From contig OZ251518.1 in NCBI GenBank assembly GCA_965242965.1, forward strand, positions 4,800,001-4,864,000: 64,000 nucleotides of DNA. Direction: 5' to 3'. Numbering within the stretch: the first letter of the stretch is position 1; every line of letters starts with the position of its first letter. The notes beneath the pieces are model-generated. The model saw only the letters and a program-made list of their open reading frames with translations. It was not told where the DNA came from and ran no database searches. The translations under genes and the position numbers were made by a program. This DNA comes from Candidatus Poribacteria bacterium. Its GTDB lineage: Bacteria; Poribacteria; WGA-4E; WGA-3G. Below, in pieces: positions 48,646 through 59,093 of the stretch.

Positions 48646-50118
48646 ATGAACACGAATGCAGTGCAACTGACCGGACAAGAAATGCAGGATTTCATCATCA
48701 ACGGCTACGTCAAGGTGAAAACCGATTTCCCACCCAGTTTTCACGAGGACATCTATAACAAATTGGAGAAGATGTTCGCGCAAACCGGCAACTTGGGCAA
48801 CAATGTTCTCCCGCTCATCCCTGAAATTCAGGCGGTGTTCGACCATCCCGTCGTTCACGGCGCAATGCAGGGAGTGCTAGGCACCAATTATGTCATGCAT
48901 CCGCACCGATACTGCCACTACAATCAAGTGGGCAGCGAGGGACAGGTATTTCATAAAGATACCTACGAAGGAGACGAGCAGGTGCGCCGGCACCGGTGCC
49001 GCTGGACGATGGCGTTCTATTATCCGCAGGACGTTACGGCGGACATGGGGCCGACAGCCGTTTTGCCGGGTTCGCAGTATTACGATACCGATGAGAGCGC
49101 GCACGCGCAACCTGAACTCGCACTCTGTGGCGAAGCCGGCACGGTGACGATTGTCCACTATGATATTTGGCATCGCGCCATGCCGAATCAGAGCCACAAA
49201 AAGCGGTATATGTTGAAGTTCCTCTTTTCGCGCTTGGACGAACCGGCGACGCGCGCTGAACCGACATGGCATAACCAGAAACCAGCATGGGAATCCGACA
49301 GCAACGGCGCAGTGTCCGCCCTATTGCATCGAGACCGGGAGGTCTCTCCTACATGGGAATCCGACAGCAACGGCGCAGCATCACCCCTGTGGGAATCGCT
49401 CTGGGATTGGTATCAAGGGAAACCCAACGGGACTTCAAACGGTGCATCACCTGCGGAAGTGAGCACGCTGATTCAGACATTGGCAAGCGAAGATGAGCGC
49501 GCGTGCCTAAACGCCGCCTATCGCTTGGGACGAGTTGGCGAAGCCGCAGTACCGGCTTTGAAACAGGCGTTATATGGCAGTTGCCCAAATACGCGCGGGT
49601 ATGCGGAATATGCCCTCAGCAACATCGGCACTCCTGCCGTCCCGACGCTGATTGACGCATTAACTGCCGATGCCGAATTCGTCCGCGCAAGCGCGGCTTA
49701 TGCGTTAGCCGATATGGGGAAAACCGCACGAGAGGCGGTGCCTGCATTGACGCGCGCCGCACAAGATAGCAGTCAATGGGTGCGGCGGCATGCAATGGAA
49801 GGGTTAGGGCTCATCGGACAGCAGGGCACAGTGGAAACGGAACTCTCGGAAGCGGTGCAGGGATTGACAATCGGGTTGCGCGATGATTTCTATTGGGTTC
49901 GCGACAACGCCGCTCGCGCGCTTGCAAAGTTAGGCGCGCTGGCGGAACCGGCAATCCCTGCGCTCGTTGAAAGATTAGATGATGAAAACCGATATGTCCG
50001 ATTCCACGCCGCGCTGGCTTTAAAGCGAATTAATACACCGCCGGCGCAGGACGCGTTATTCGGGCATCTGTTCGCATCGCGCTGGTGCGCGCTGACAACA
50101 AACGAGCGGCCGTATTAG
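48646..50118 (+). CDS. PhyH-like dioxygenase fused to HEAT repeats (paralog of 37742-39103)
   Basis: FHKD, YYPQD, IWHRA; HEAT repeats; AGGAGG SD. Confidence 0.88.
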   Translation: MNTNAVQLTGQEMQDFIINGYVKVKTDFPPSFHEDIYNKLEKMFAQTGNLGNNVLPLIPEIQAVFDHPVVHGAMQGVLGTNYVMHPHRYCHYNQVGSEGQVFHKDTYEGDEQVRRHRCRWTMAFYYPQDVTADMGPTAVLPGSQYYDTDESAHAQPELALCGEAGTVTIVHYDIWHRAMPNQSHKKRYMLKFLFSRLDEPATRAEPTWHNQKPAWESDSNGAVSALLHRDREVSPTWESDSNGAASPLWESLWDWYQGKPNGTSNGASPAEVSTLIQTLASEDERACLNAAYRLGRVGEAAVPALKQALYGSCPNTRGYAEYALSNIGTPAVPTLIDALTADAEFVRASAAYALADMGKTAREAVPALTRAAQDSSQWVRRHAMEGLGLIGQQGTVETELSEAVQGLTIGLRDDFYWVRDNAARALAKLGALAEPAIPALVERLDDENRYVRFHAALALKRINTPPAQDALFGHLFASRWCALTTNERPY

Positions 50119-50147
50119 TGTGAGGGTTTCATATCTTGATGGCTTCC

Positions 50148-51012
50148 CGGTAGGAGAGACCTCCCGGTCTCGATATCGTCATCGCAATCCAACGATCGCG
50201 GGGGAAACCCGCTCGCATGCGCGTGTGGCATGCGAGGGCCCCCGCGCTACGGTGAAAAAACGCCTCCCGCGTTGCCGAACAAAAAACGCCCGGGTTACCG
50301 TAGGGCGAGGGCCTGTCCCTCGCCATCGTTCCGCGCACCAGACCCCCTCTTCTCTTCTGTAGGGCAAGAGCGCCGGCTCCTGACCCGTTTCGGGAGCGGG
50401 CGCTCCCGAACTACAGAGGGGAAACACACATCGGGACGCTGGAGATCGCGGGGGACAGGCCCCCGCGCTACGGTTATCCGGGCCGTCTCCCTTCATCGTA
50501 GGGCTTGGGCCCTCGCATGCCACACGCGCATCCGAGCGGGTTCCCCTCGCCATCGTTCCGCGCACCAGACCCCCCCCTCTTCTCTTCTGTAGGTCAAGAG
50601 CACCTGCTCTTGACCCGTTCGGGAGCAGGCGCTCCCGAACTACAGAGGGGGGAGAATCGTTCGCGTCATTTGACGATCGCGGGGGACAGGCCCCCGCGCT
50701 ACGGTGAAAAAACGTCTCCCGCATTGCCGAACAAAAAACGCCCGGGTTACCGTAGGGCGAGGGCCTGTCCCTCGCCAGCGTTCGCACTAGAGAAAACGTC
50801 TTTTAAGGGCCTAAAGGCCCTAAAGAGGGCATCGTAATGAGAGAGATCGCGGGGGACAGGCCCCCGCGCTACGGTGAAAAAAAACGCCTCCCTTCATCGT
50901 AGGGCGAGGGCCCTCGGATGCCACACGCGCATGCGAGCGGGTTTCCCTCGCCATGCTGCGATCGCCGCGGAGACATCGCGATAAAAATCAAGACCGGGAG
51001 GGCTCGCCTACC
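50148..51012. repeat. GTAG-REP hairpin cluster
   Basis: Mosaic of REP families with internal duplications. Confidence 0.9.
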
Positions 51013-51025
51013 GGGAAGACATCGA

Positions 51026-51253
51026 CTAAACGTGTGAAGGTTCAGACGCTTCCTCTAACGAAGCATCTTGTTGCGCCACCTTCACATTCTGTGTCGGATA
51101 TAGCCGCCGCGTGGAAACAGGAGCCTGACGCAGCTTCGGACGAGGCCGGAACTGAGGCACCGGCTCCGGCGGCTCATAACTCGCATGGACTGGCCGCTGC
51201 GCCACCGGATGTTCCTGAACGGCTGTTGGAGTATCAACGGGTTGCTCTTTCAT
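51026..51253 (-). CDS. Small Pro-rich hypothetical protein (75 aa)
   Basis: ATGA overlap with upstream gene stop. Confidence 0.45.
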   Translation of the reverse strand: MKEQPVDTPTAVQEHPVAQRPVHASYEPPEPVPQFRPRPKLRQAPVSTRRLYPTQNVKVAQQDASLEEASEPSHV

Positions 51254-51804
51254 AGAATCATGTCTCCCATCTGTTGATTCAATTTCCTCTGCACCTTCAT
51301 CCGTCGCCGGCGCGTCAGAAGCAGATCGTCCTTCAACATTTGCGAACCGACGAGGAGCCATTCGCGATACAACTCAAACGTGCTTTTGAACTGTTCAAGT
51401 GGGAAATCCGGATCGATCTCCATTTCATAGATGAACCGTTCCAAATTGAGACGGAGGCTCTTGAAATACTGCGCGTTGTGGCTCAGGATTTCCATCCGAT
51501 CCGAGATTTTGAGGATAACGTGTAAGAGGCTTAAAAAGGCCGCAGTGCCTGCCACTGCCAACCAGATAATCTTTCCGATATCGGGACCGGCGACTTCTTC
51601 TACCGGGGTGCCCCAGACTGCCCATCCGAGCATCACAGAGGCAATCGTAGTGAGCGTCACCATGCTTTTGATGAAGCTATCGATCGGCCGCCAAGCGCGG
51701 ATAACGGAGGTGATCAGTCCTTCCGCATACGCCACACGATAGAAGGTCTCCGCCGCTGTCCGCCAGAGGAGCTCTTTCTGATATTCTTCAACAGTTTCGT
51801 CCAT
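51250..51804 (-). CDS. Two-TM protein, SLATT-like
   Basis: N-terminal helix, two hydrophobic helices, C-terminal 'YFKSLR..LE.F' helix. Confidence 0.55.
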   Translation of the reverse strand: MDETVEEYQKELLWRTAAETFYRVAYAEGLITSVIRAWRPIDSFIKSMVTLTTIASVMLGWAVWGTPVEEVAGPDIGKIIWLAVAGTAAFLSLLHVILKISDRMEILSHNAQYFKSLRLNLERFIYEMEIDPDFPLEQFKSTFELYREWLLVGSQMLKDDLLLTRRRRMKVQRKLNQQMGDMIL

Positions 51805-51976
51805 AATGGACCGCCTTTCAAGGTTTTAGTTTCGCCTGACGATGCAGGCTTTCATTATGATATTAACGAAAGAAATGGGAATTAGGTAACAGAATTGGTA
51901 GGGATGAGTCAAAAAAAGTGCCCGGAAGTTTGGTAGGACGAGGGACAAACCCTCGTCCTACAAACGGTAGCGTGCG

Positions 51977-52639
51977 TTACATTGAAAAATCGCCGACGAA
52001 AACGTTATTCACCGCGCCGCCTTGGTGCCACGTCACGGAGAGTTGCGTGTCTCGATAGCGATAGACTTCCGATTTGCCGACGATGGCGTTCTGCACCGGT
52101 GCCAGCGGTTCATACCAGATCTGGTGTGGTTGCGTGCATGCCGCGCACGGATAGCGATTCGCAGAGAGCGCGAGCACCTCGCCCACCTCGCCGACGGTGA
52201 CATCAAATCGCGTGCCTTCCTTAGCGAAGGATAGCTCCGCTGCTTGCATCGCAACGATATCACCCAAGACCTGAGTCTGTTTTGTCTCCAACATGTCTCG
52301 GAGGGCAGCGCGCTGTGCCGCTGTCGTCTCCGTGTCCACGTATAGCACACTTTTGCGGGTTTCGGTATCGATTGCCAAGTTCTTTTTCGCAGTGACGATG
52401 GCGATGACGGTTAATCCATCAAGCGATACGTCGTTCCATGTCCCGCTATGAATGTTCCAGACGAGGGTAGCTTCTTTACCGCCGTCCACAAATTCTGCGC
52501 CGAAGTGGCACGCGCCGGTGTAGACGCTGGCGGAGCGTGCCTCAATGTATTCGCCTTGGACGCTTGGCAGCTGTGTTGCGAATGCCACGCCTGCTGCGAG
52601 GACAAGCGCGAGCGTCGTCCAAACTAAAACGGTTTTCAT
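51977..52639 (-). CDS. DUF1326 domain secreted protein
   Basis: GEYIEARSASVYTGACH, LDGL.V, YVD......QR.AL. Confidence 0.75.
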   Translation of the reverse strand: MKTVLVWTTLALVLAAGVAFATQLPSVQGEYIEARSASVYTGACHFGAEFVDGGKEATLVWNIHSGTWNDVSLDGLTVIAIVTAKKNLAIDTETRKSVLYVDTETTAAQRAALRDMLETKQTQVLGDIVAMQAAELSFAKEGTRFDVTVGEVGEVLALSANRYPCAACTQPHQIWYEPLAPVQNAIVGKSEVYRYRDTQLSVTWHQGGAVNNVFVGDFSM

Positions 52640-52777
52640 CTCTTTTGCCTCCTACTGAAATCGTAATTCTAATGATAAATTTATTATACCCGGTTTGTGT
52701 AAAAAAAGCAAGAACTTTTTTTACGCTTGGCTGCCAAATTAGGTTGATTCGTCGTGATACGGAAGTGCCGTTTTTCC

Positions 52778-53395
52778 CGTAGCGCGGGGGCCTGTCCCCC
52801 GCGATCGTTGGAGCGCACGGAAGTGCCGTTTTTTCCCGTAGCGCGGGGGCCTGTCCCCCGCGATCGCCAGCGTCACGATGTGTTTTCCTTCTCTGTAGTT
52901 TGTGATCGCCTGATCACAAACGGGTCAAGAGCAGGCGCTCTTGACCTACAGGGCCTGGCGCACGAACGATGGCGAGGGACAGGCCCTCGCCCTACGGTAA
53001 GGGGTGGCGTTTTTTTCACCGTAGCGCGGGGGCCCTCGGATGCCACACGCGCATCCGAGAGGGTTTCCCCCGCGAGTTTTTGATAGACCGGAGCATGGCG
53101 AGGGACAGGCCCTCGCCCTACGGTGAGGGAGTGCAGTTTTTTCACCGTAGCGCGGGGGCCTGTCCCCCGCGAGCGTCGGAGTGCACGGAAGTGGCGTTTT
53201 TTCCCGTAGCGCGGGGGCCTGTCCCCCGCGATCGCCAGCGTCACGATGTGTGTTTCCACCTCTGTAGTTTGTGATCGCCTGATCACAAACAGGTCAAGAG
53301 CAGGCGCTCTTGACCTACAGGGCCTGGCGCACGAACGATGGCGAGGGAAACCCGCTCGCATGCGCGGGTGGCATCCGAGGGCCCTCGCCCTACGA
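52778..53395. repeat. GTAG-REP cluster with an internal ~370-bp duplication
   Basis: Block 52778-52990 repeated at ~53146-53345. Confidence 0.9.
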
Positions 53396-53437
53396 TGAAG
53401 GGGGACCTTCTGCCGCCGCGGCCTCAGTTAATGCGGA

Positions 53438-54268
53438 TTATTCGCGGAGCAATCCGTGAAGCGTGCCGCCCAAAATCTGCGCCTGGTCTGCCGCCGGAAT
53501 GAACGCGCAATGCGTGCGGAACGCCTCCAGCGAATGTTGATACGTCATAAACGAACGCACCACCGGATAATCTGAACCCCAACAGAGCCGCTCGGGACCG
53601 AAATGCTCATAGAGCGCACGGACAATATCGTGCGTATCCGCATACGGATACTCCCACGAAATCTGCGAAACGTAAGCGAACCCCGACATCTTCACGTGAA
53701 TATTCGGCACTTTTGCGGAGGCAAGCACCTCCTGAAATCGGGTTTCATCGCCAACCCGCGCACCTGCCATGTGATGACACAGAAACGGAACAGTCGGAAA
53801 CTGCGCCGCTAATTTTCGCAAAGGCGCGTGCTGCGCACTGTTCATCGCTATGCTGGCAATCAACCCCAAGTCTGCCGTAGTCTGGAAGAACCGTTGTCCC
53901 TCTGCTGAAAAGAACCAACTCCCATCGTCGTCGCCGCGGAGATAGTGCGTATAGCCTTTGAGCGAATAGGTTTCGGCGGCAGTTTTGAGCCGCGCCGCCG
54001 CACCCGGGGTGTGATAGGTATCTGTCCAAGAGCAATCGACATCCGCAAACTGGATGAGCCGTTCCGGATAGCGTTGGACGCACTGCGCTACATAGTCGTT
54101 GTTATCGGCGTTCCTGTCGATGCGCGCGCAAATCAGCACCGCTCTGTCTACGTTGTGCAAATCCATTTCGTGGAGGAGTTGTTCAACCCTACCCCGACTC
54201 TCATCATCGGGGACAGGCGGTTGATAGGGCCACCGGGGCCATGCATGTGTATGTGAGTCAATTATCAT
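53438..54268 (-). CDS. Amidohydrolase family protein
   Basis: IIDSHTH, HHMA, WGSDYP. Confidence 0.9.
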   Translation of the reverse strand: MIIDSHTHAWPRWPYQPPVPDDESRGRVEQLLHEMDLHNVDRAVLICARIDRNADNNDYVAQCVQRYPERLIQFADVDCSWTDTYHTPGAAARLKTAAETYSLKGYTHYLRGDDDGSWFFSAEGQRFFQTTADLGLIASIAMNSAQHAPLRKLAAQFPTVPFLCHHMAGARVGDETRFQEVLASAKVPNIHVKMSGFAYVSQISWEYPYADTHDIVRALYEHFGPERLCWGSDYPVVRSFMTYQHSLEAFRTHCAFIPAADQAQILGGTLHGLLRE

Positions 54269-55835
54269 TTTTGCCTCCTAATCCGAGCATCAATGCGCCC
54301 AACTCTGACATATTTGTCTCTTCCGGCTTCACAATCCCGACGAACTGCCCATCAAACATCACCGCGATTCTGTCGCTGAGGTGGAGCAGCTCTTCCAATT
54401 CGGAGGAGACGAGCAGAACGGCTTTGTCGCGGTTGCGCGCTTGCATGAGGCGCGTATGGACAAATTTCGCGGCGTGAATGTCCAACCCGCGTGTCGGATG
54501 CGCGGCGATGATGAGTTCCGGCGAACGTTCGCCGCCACCTGTCAATTCCCGTGCAACCACCACTTTCTGCTGATTCCCACCGGAGAGCGTCCTGATGGGA
54601 TGCGCGATATCCCCAACTCGAATATCATATTTCGCCAGCGCGTTCTCGGCGAAGCGTTGGATAGTTTGATGCTGTAGCATCCCGTGACGGCTAAATAGTT
54701 TTCTTTTATGCCGTCCAATGATGAAATTTGCGTCAATCCGGTCATTGAGGCTGATGCCGTGCCGGTGTCTATCGGCAGGCAGGTGCGCCACGCCTTTTTC
54801 GCGGACTAACGCCGGATCGGCGCGTATCGTTTCTCCGTTTAAGGTGATGGTGCCCTCCTGAATTTGGCGGAGCCCTGTCAACACCTCAACGAGTTCAGTC
54901 TGTCCGTTCCCCTCCACACCTGCTATCCCGACAATCTCACCGCGATGGACTTCAAGGTTAATCTTGCGGAGAAGCGCGTTCCCCCCCTTGCGCTGATTGC
55001 CCACCGTTACATTTTCCAAGCGGAGCAGCGGAAACGGTGTGTTGTCGGCGGCGGAGGCACGGCGAGGGATAGGTAACCCGCGCCCTACACTATCGGGTGG
55101 GACAGCCTCACCGAGCATCAGTTCTGCTAGTTGCGCGGCACCTGTCTCGGTAGTCGGGAAAGATGCCACCGTTTTTCCGCGCCGCATCACTGTGACGGTA
55201 TCCGCTATCGCCATCACCTCGTCAAGTTTATGCGTGATAATGACGAGGCTTTTCCCCTCCTGTTTGAGGCCGTGCATACACCGGAAAAGCCCCTCAACCT
55301 CTTGTGGTGCGAGCACGGCCGTCGGCTCATCCATAATCAGGATTTCCGCGCCGTGGTAGAGTGCCTTCAAAATCTCGGTGTGCTGTTGCGCGCCGAGCGG
55401 CATCAATTCAACCGGCGTATGCAACGGAAACCCCTGAAAACCGAGTTGGGCGGCGAGTGCCGTTATTTCCGCTTCCGCCTGCCGATAGTTAAGGAAGGTG
55501 CTGAAGATGCGCGGCTCCTTCGCGAGGATAATGTTCTGCATCGCGGTGAAGACAGGGATAAGCGTGAAGTGCTGCTGTATCATCCCTAACCCGTGGCGCA
55601 GGGCTCGCCGAGTGGAAGAGGTCTCGACAAGGTGTCCGTTAACAGAAATCTCGCCTGCATCAGGCTGATAAAGTCCATAGAGAATCTTCATCAACGTGGA
55701 TTTGCCTGCGCCGTTTTCGCCGACGATGGCGTGGATTTCGCCGCGACATAGCGTGAAATCTACGGCGGCGTTCGCCTGCACGTGTCCGAAGGATTTGCTG
55801 ATGCCGCGCATTTCAATGATGGATTCATGTTTCAC
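54258..55835 (-). CDS. Nucleoside/sugar ABC transporter ATP-binding protein (tandem NBD)
   Basis: GENGAGKS, MDEPT, LSGGNQQK, PTRGLD. Confidence 0.92.
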   Translation of the reverse strand: MKHESIIEMRGISKSFGHVQANAAVDFTLCRGEIHAIVGENGAGKSTLMKILYGLYQPDAGEISVNGHLVETSSTRRALRHGLGMIQQHFTLIPVFTAMQNIILAKEPRIFSTFLNYRQAEAEITALAAQLGFQGFPLHTPVELMPLGAQQHTEILKALYHGAEILIMDEPTAVLAPQEVEGLFRCMHGLKQEGKSLVIITHKLDEVMAIADTVTVMRRGKTVASFPTTETGAAQLAELMLGEAVPPDSVGRGLPIPRRASAADNTPFPLLRLENVTVGNQRKGGNALLRKINLEVHRGEIVGIAGVEGNGQTELVEVLTGLRQIQEGTITLNGETIRADPALVREKGVAHLPADRHRHGISLNDRIDANFIIGRHKRKLFSRHGMLQHQTIQRFAENALAKYDIRVGDIAHPIRTLSGGNQQKVVVARELTGGGERSPELIIAAHPTRGLDIHAAKFVHTRLMQARNRDKAVLLVSSELEELLHLSDRIAVMFDGQFVGIVKPEETNMSELGALMLGLGGKNDN

Positions 55836-55862
55836 TTTTTCATCTCAAAGCCTGAGCCCCAA

Positions 55863-56140
55863 CCGTAGCGCGAGGGCCTGTCCCTCGCGAACCTTGAGGA
55901 ACCTGTAGTTCGGGCTCGCCTGAGCCCGAACCGTAGCGCGAGGGCCTGTCCCTCGCGAACGAGACCAGGAGGTCTCGCCTACACCGTAGCGCGAGGGCCT
56001 GTCCCTCGCGAACCCCGGAAGTCTCTCCTACACCGTAGCGCGAGGGCCTGTCCCTCGCGAACGTTCTCAGTAGGAGAGACCTCCCGGTCTCGATTTTTCG
56101 GTAGGATACCGTAGCGCGAGGGCCTGTCCCTCGCGAACGT
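55863..56140. repeat. GTAG-REP tandem cluster
   Basis: ccgtagcgcgagggcctgtccctcgcgaac x5. Confidence 0.9.
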
Positions 56141-56177
56141 TCTCAGCTCAATCTTGCATCGCGGGGAACAGCCCACC

Positions 56178-57194
56178 CTATTTCTCTTCTCGCTTATAGG
56201 GCACGACGATGTCACCAGCGATGATTTGCGCCTTAAACGCCTCTACTTTTTCCAAAATCTCATCGGAGAGGAGCGCGCGGTTGTCGTCATCAACGGTATA
56301 TTCCACGCCGTCTTCCTTCAACCCGTAATCCTTTTGTCCACCGGTGAAAGTGCCTTCGTGAACGCTTTTTATCGTCTCATAAACCGAAATCTCCACCCCT
56401 TTAATAATGCTGGTGAGGACGAGCCCCGGTGCGAGATGGTTGCCGTTTGAATCCACCCAGATAATCCATTTTTTGAGTGACTTCGCTGCCTCAAGGATAC
56501 CCAAACCGCTTGCACCGGCGGCGGCGATGATGACATCCGCACCCTTGTTATACTGCGCGATTGCCAACTCCTTGCCTTTGGCCGGGTCATCGAACGCTTG
56601 CGGCGTGACACCGACATAGTCAACCAGCAACTGCACATCGGGATTGGCAGCCTGCCGCCCAGCATCGAAACCGATTTCAAAAGCCTCCAGCAGTGGAATC
56701 TTCATCCCGCCGATAAAGCCGATCTTCTTCGTCTCCGTTTTGAGCGAGGCGATGACACCGGCGAGGAACGTCCCTTCCTGCGCACGGTAGGTGAGCGAAG
56801 CGACGTTCGGCATATCAACTACCTCGTCAATCAGCGCGAATTTGACGTTCGGAAACTCACCTGACACCCGGTGAATCGGGTCGCGGAACCGGAACCCAAC
56901 GCCAATGATGATGTCATACTTGAGTTTAGCGAGTCGACGGAGTGCCAATTCGGTGTCGGTGCTCTGCCCCGGGTTCACCTCAGTCAACTTCAGGTTGAAT
57001 GCGTCAGACGCTTTTTTTGCGCCGGCGTAGGCGGCATCGTTAAAGGAAAGATCGCCGCGCCCGCGGACATCGTAAATTAAGCCTATTTTCACGGCGGCGG
57101 AGGCGGTTTCGGTTGCCACCATCGCGAAACAGGCGAGAATAAGTGTTATGGCTAACCAACTGTTTTGGCAACTGTTTTGGCATCTGTTTTTCAT
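56178..57194 (-). CDS. BMP family ABC substrate-binding protein
   Basis: GRGDLSFN, FLAGVIA, KIGFIGG, GADVI..AAG.SG.G; AGGAG SD. Confidence 0.92.
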   Translation of the reverse strand: MKNRCQNSCQNSWLAITLILACFAMVATETASAAVKIGLIYDVRGRGDLSFNDAAYAGAKKASDAFNLKLTEVNPGQSTDTELALRRLAKLKYDIIIGVGFRFRDPIHRVSGEFPNVKFALIDEVVDMPNVASLTYRAQEGTFLAGVIASLKTETKKIGFIGGMKIPLLEAFEIGFDAGRQAANPDVQLLVDYVGVTPQAFDDPAKGKELAIAQYNKGADVIIAAAGASGLGILEAAKSLKKWIIWVDSNGNHLAPGLVLTSIIKGVEISVYETIKSVHEGTFTGGQKDYGLKEDGVEYTVDDDNRALLSDEILEKVEAFKAQIIAGDIVVPYKREEK

Positions 57195-57457
57195 GATGAT
57201 ACTCCTTGAAAATCTGTTTTTATACGAACGACGCAAATCCAAATGCCAAGTAGACGCGCTTTGTAAAATTGCGCGTGTAAGATGGCGCGTTTACAAACAG
57301 TGCCTACCGGCAGGAAGAAATTGAATTATGGCCGTCACGTTTTATCCCGCTTGCGCGGGCGCATGAATAGTATATCACATTGCTTTTTTCTTTGCTAGTA
57401 GAATTTTTTTTACCATCCAGAATCCATCCCGCCGGTGCTGGAGACCACGGTGCTATA

Positions 57458-58300
57458 CCGTAGGGCGAGGGCCTGTCCCTCGCCGTGCTTCGGGTACGCG
57501 AGTGCGCATCCCCTCTGTAGGGCAAGAGCGCCTGCTCTTGACCCGTTCGGGAGCAGGCGCTCCCGAACTACAGTCTCCGGGGCACGCGAACGATCGCGGG
57601 GGACAGGCCCCCGCGCTACGATTTGCAAGGCCGTTTCCCTTTACCGTAGGGCGAGGGCCTGTCCCTCGCCATGCCTCGGTCGAGAGGGAAACGGTTGGGC
57701 GGCGTGCGTTTTTCGCGCAGATCGAACGATAGCGGTAAAAAAACGTGCCGTTTACCGTAGGGCGAGGGCCTGTCCCTCGCCGGGCCTCGATCGGGGGAAC
57801 GGCTTTGGTTCGCGTGCGTTTTTCGCGCAGGTCGGACGATCGCGGGGGACAGGCCCCCGCGCTACGGTAGATGAAGCGGCATTCCTTTACCGTAGGGCGA
57901 GGGCCTGTCCCTCGCCGGGCCTCGGTCGGGGGAACGGCTTTGGCTGGCGTGCGTTTTTCGCGCAGGTCGGACGATCTCGGTGAAAAAACGTGCCGCATAC
58001 CGTAGGGCGAGGGCCTGTCCCTCGCCATGCAGCGATCGAGAGGAAAACGGGTCGGCGTGCATTTTTCGCGCAGGTCGGACGATCGCGGGGGACAGGCCCC
58101 CGCGCTACGGTGAAAAAACGTGCCGCTGACCGTAGGGCGATGGACAGGCCCTCGCCATGCCTCGATCGTGGAAAAGGCCTTAGTCGGCGTGCATTTTTCG
58201 CGCAGATCGAACGATCGCGGGGGACAGGCCCCCGCGCTACGGGCCCGGAAGGGATTCTCCTCGCCATGCGCCGTTCGGGATCAGGCGCTCCCGAACTACA
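57458..58300. repeat. GTAG-REP cluster with higher-order ~120-bp units
   Basis: Units of gtagggcgagggcctgtccctcgcc...gtgcgtttttcgcgcag(g/a)tcg repeated five times. Confidence 0.9.
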
Positions 58301-58311
58301 GTCTTCTGCTC

Positions 58312-58400
58312 CTAATCCTGTGAAATCTTGTAAATCGTGTAAATCCTGCTCCTAATCGTGATAATCCTGAAAATCCTGCTCATCTCTTGCTAATCCTGTG
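58312..58400. repeat. Degenerate ~9-bp aatcctg-type tandem repeat
   Basis: taatcctg/aaatcttg/aaatcgtg/aaatcctg units. Confidence 0.6.
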
Positions 58401-58526
58401 CGAACGATTTTCTTGACAAAAAAAACAATTCACGTTAAAATTAACAATTAACGTCGAAACCACAAATGAGGTTAATCCTCCCCGGTAGGAGAAACCCCGG
58501 TCTCGATGCCTTCTCGGTGACAAAAA

Positions 58527-59090
58527 ATGCGAATTATCGCCGGTAAATTCAGAGGCAGACGCTTAGCCGCACCCAAAGGAAATGCCGTGCGGCCGACAGC
58601 AGATAGAGTCAAAGAATCAGTGTTTAGCATTCTCCGCGAACAAGTTATTGACGCGAATTTCCTTGACTTGTGCGCCGGGACAGGCAGCATCGGCATTGAG
58701 GCACTGAGCCGCGGCGCGAAACACGTCACGTTTGTAGAACGCGAGCCGCAATGCATCCGCATCATTGAACGCAATCTAGCGGCGTGCCAGTTAACGCGCC
58801 AGCACCGACAAGTGCAGTTGCTCCGTTGCAACATCGCGAGAGGCATTTCGCAACGACTTCAGTCGCGCGCGCCGTTTGACGTTATCTACTTCGATCCGCC
58901 GTATCGTGCCGGGCTTTATAGAGACTGCCTAGCGTTGCTTGCCAATGCGAATATGCTTGATGCCGAGGGCGCACTGCTCGTTGAACATTCAAAACAGACG
59001 TGTCTGCCCCTCACCGTCGGCGAGTTGACGCAGTATCGGCAGGCACATTACGGCGATACGCGCGTATCGTTTTATCAGACGCGAGGATAA
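58527..59090 (+). CDS. rsmD: 16S rRNA m2G966 methyltransferase RsmD
   Basis: MRIIAGKFRGRRL, RPT.DRVKES.F, LDL.AGTG..GIEALSRGA, DPPY. Confidence 0.96.
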   Translation: MRIIAGKFRGRRLAAPKGNAVRPTADRVKESVFSILREQVIDANFLDLCAGTGSIGIEALSRGAKHVTFVEREPQCIRIIERNLAACQLTRQHRQVQLLRCNIARGISQRLQSRAPFDVIYFDPPYRAGLYRDCLALLANANMLDAEGALLVEHSKQTCLPLTVGELTQYRQAHYGDTRVSFYQTRG

Positions 59091-59093
59091 ATC

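Noticed and set aside
55863-56140. CRISPR-like direct repeats
   Set aside because: Spacing is irregular, spacers are themselves REP fragments, and the same repeat is dispersed across the window.
57435-58355. ORFs rich in RSRGTGPRAT / RRARACPSP / VGRGPVPR (also at 26183, 39477, 45307, 50179, 52754)
   Set aside because: These are translations of GC-rich REP clusters, open in several frames on both strands and lacking SD sequences.
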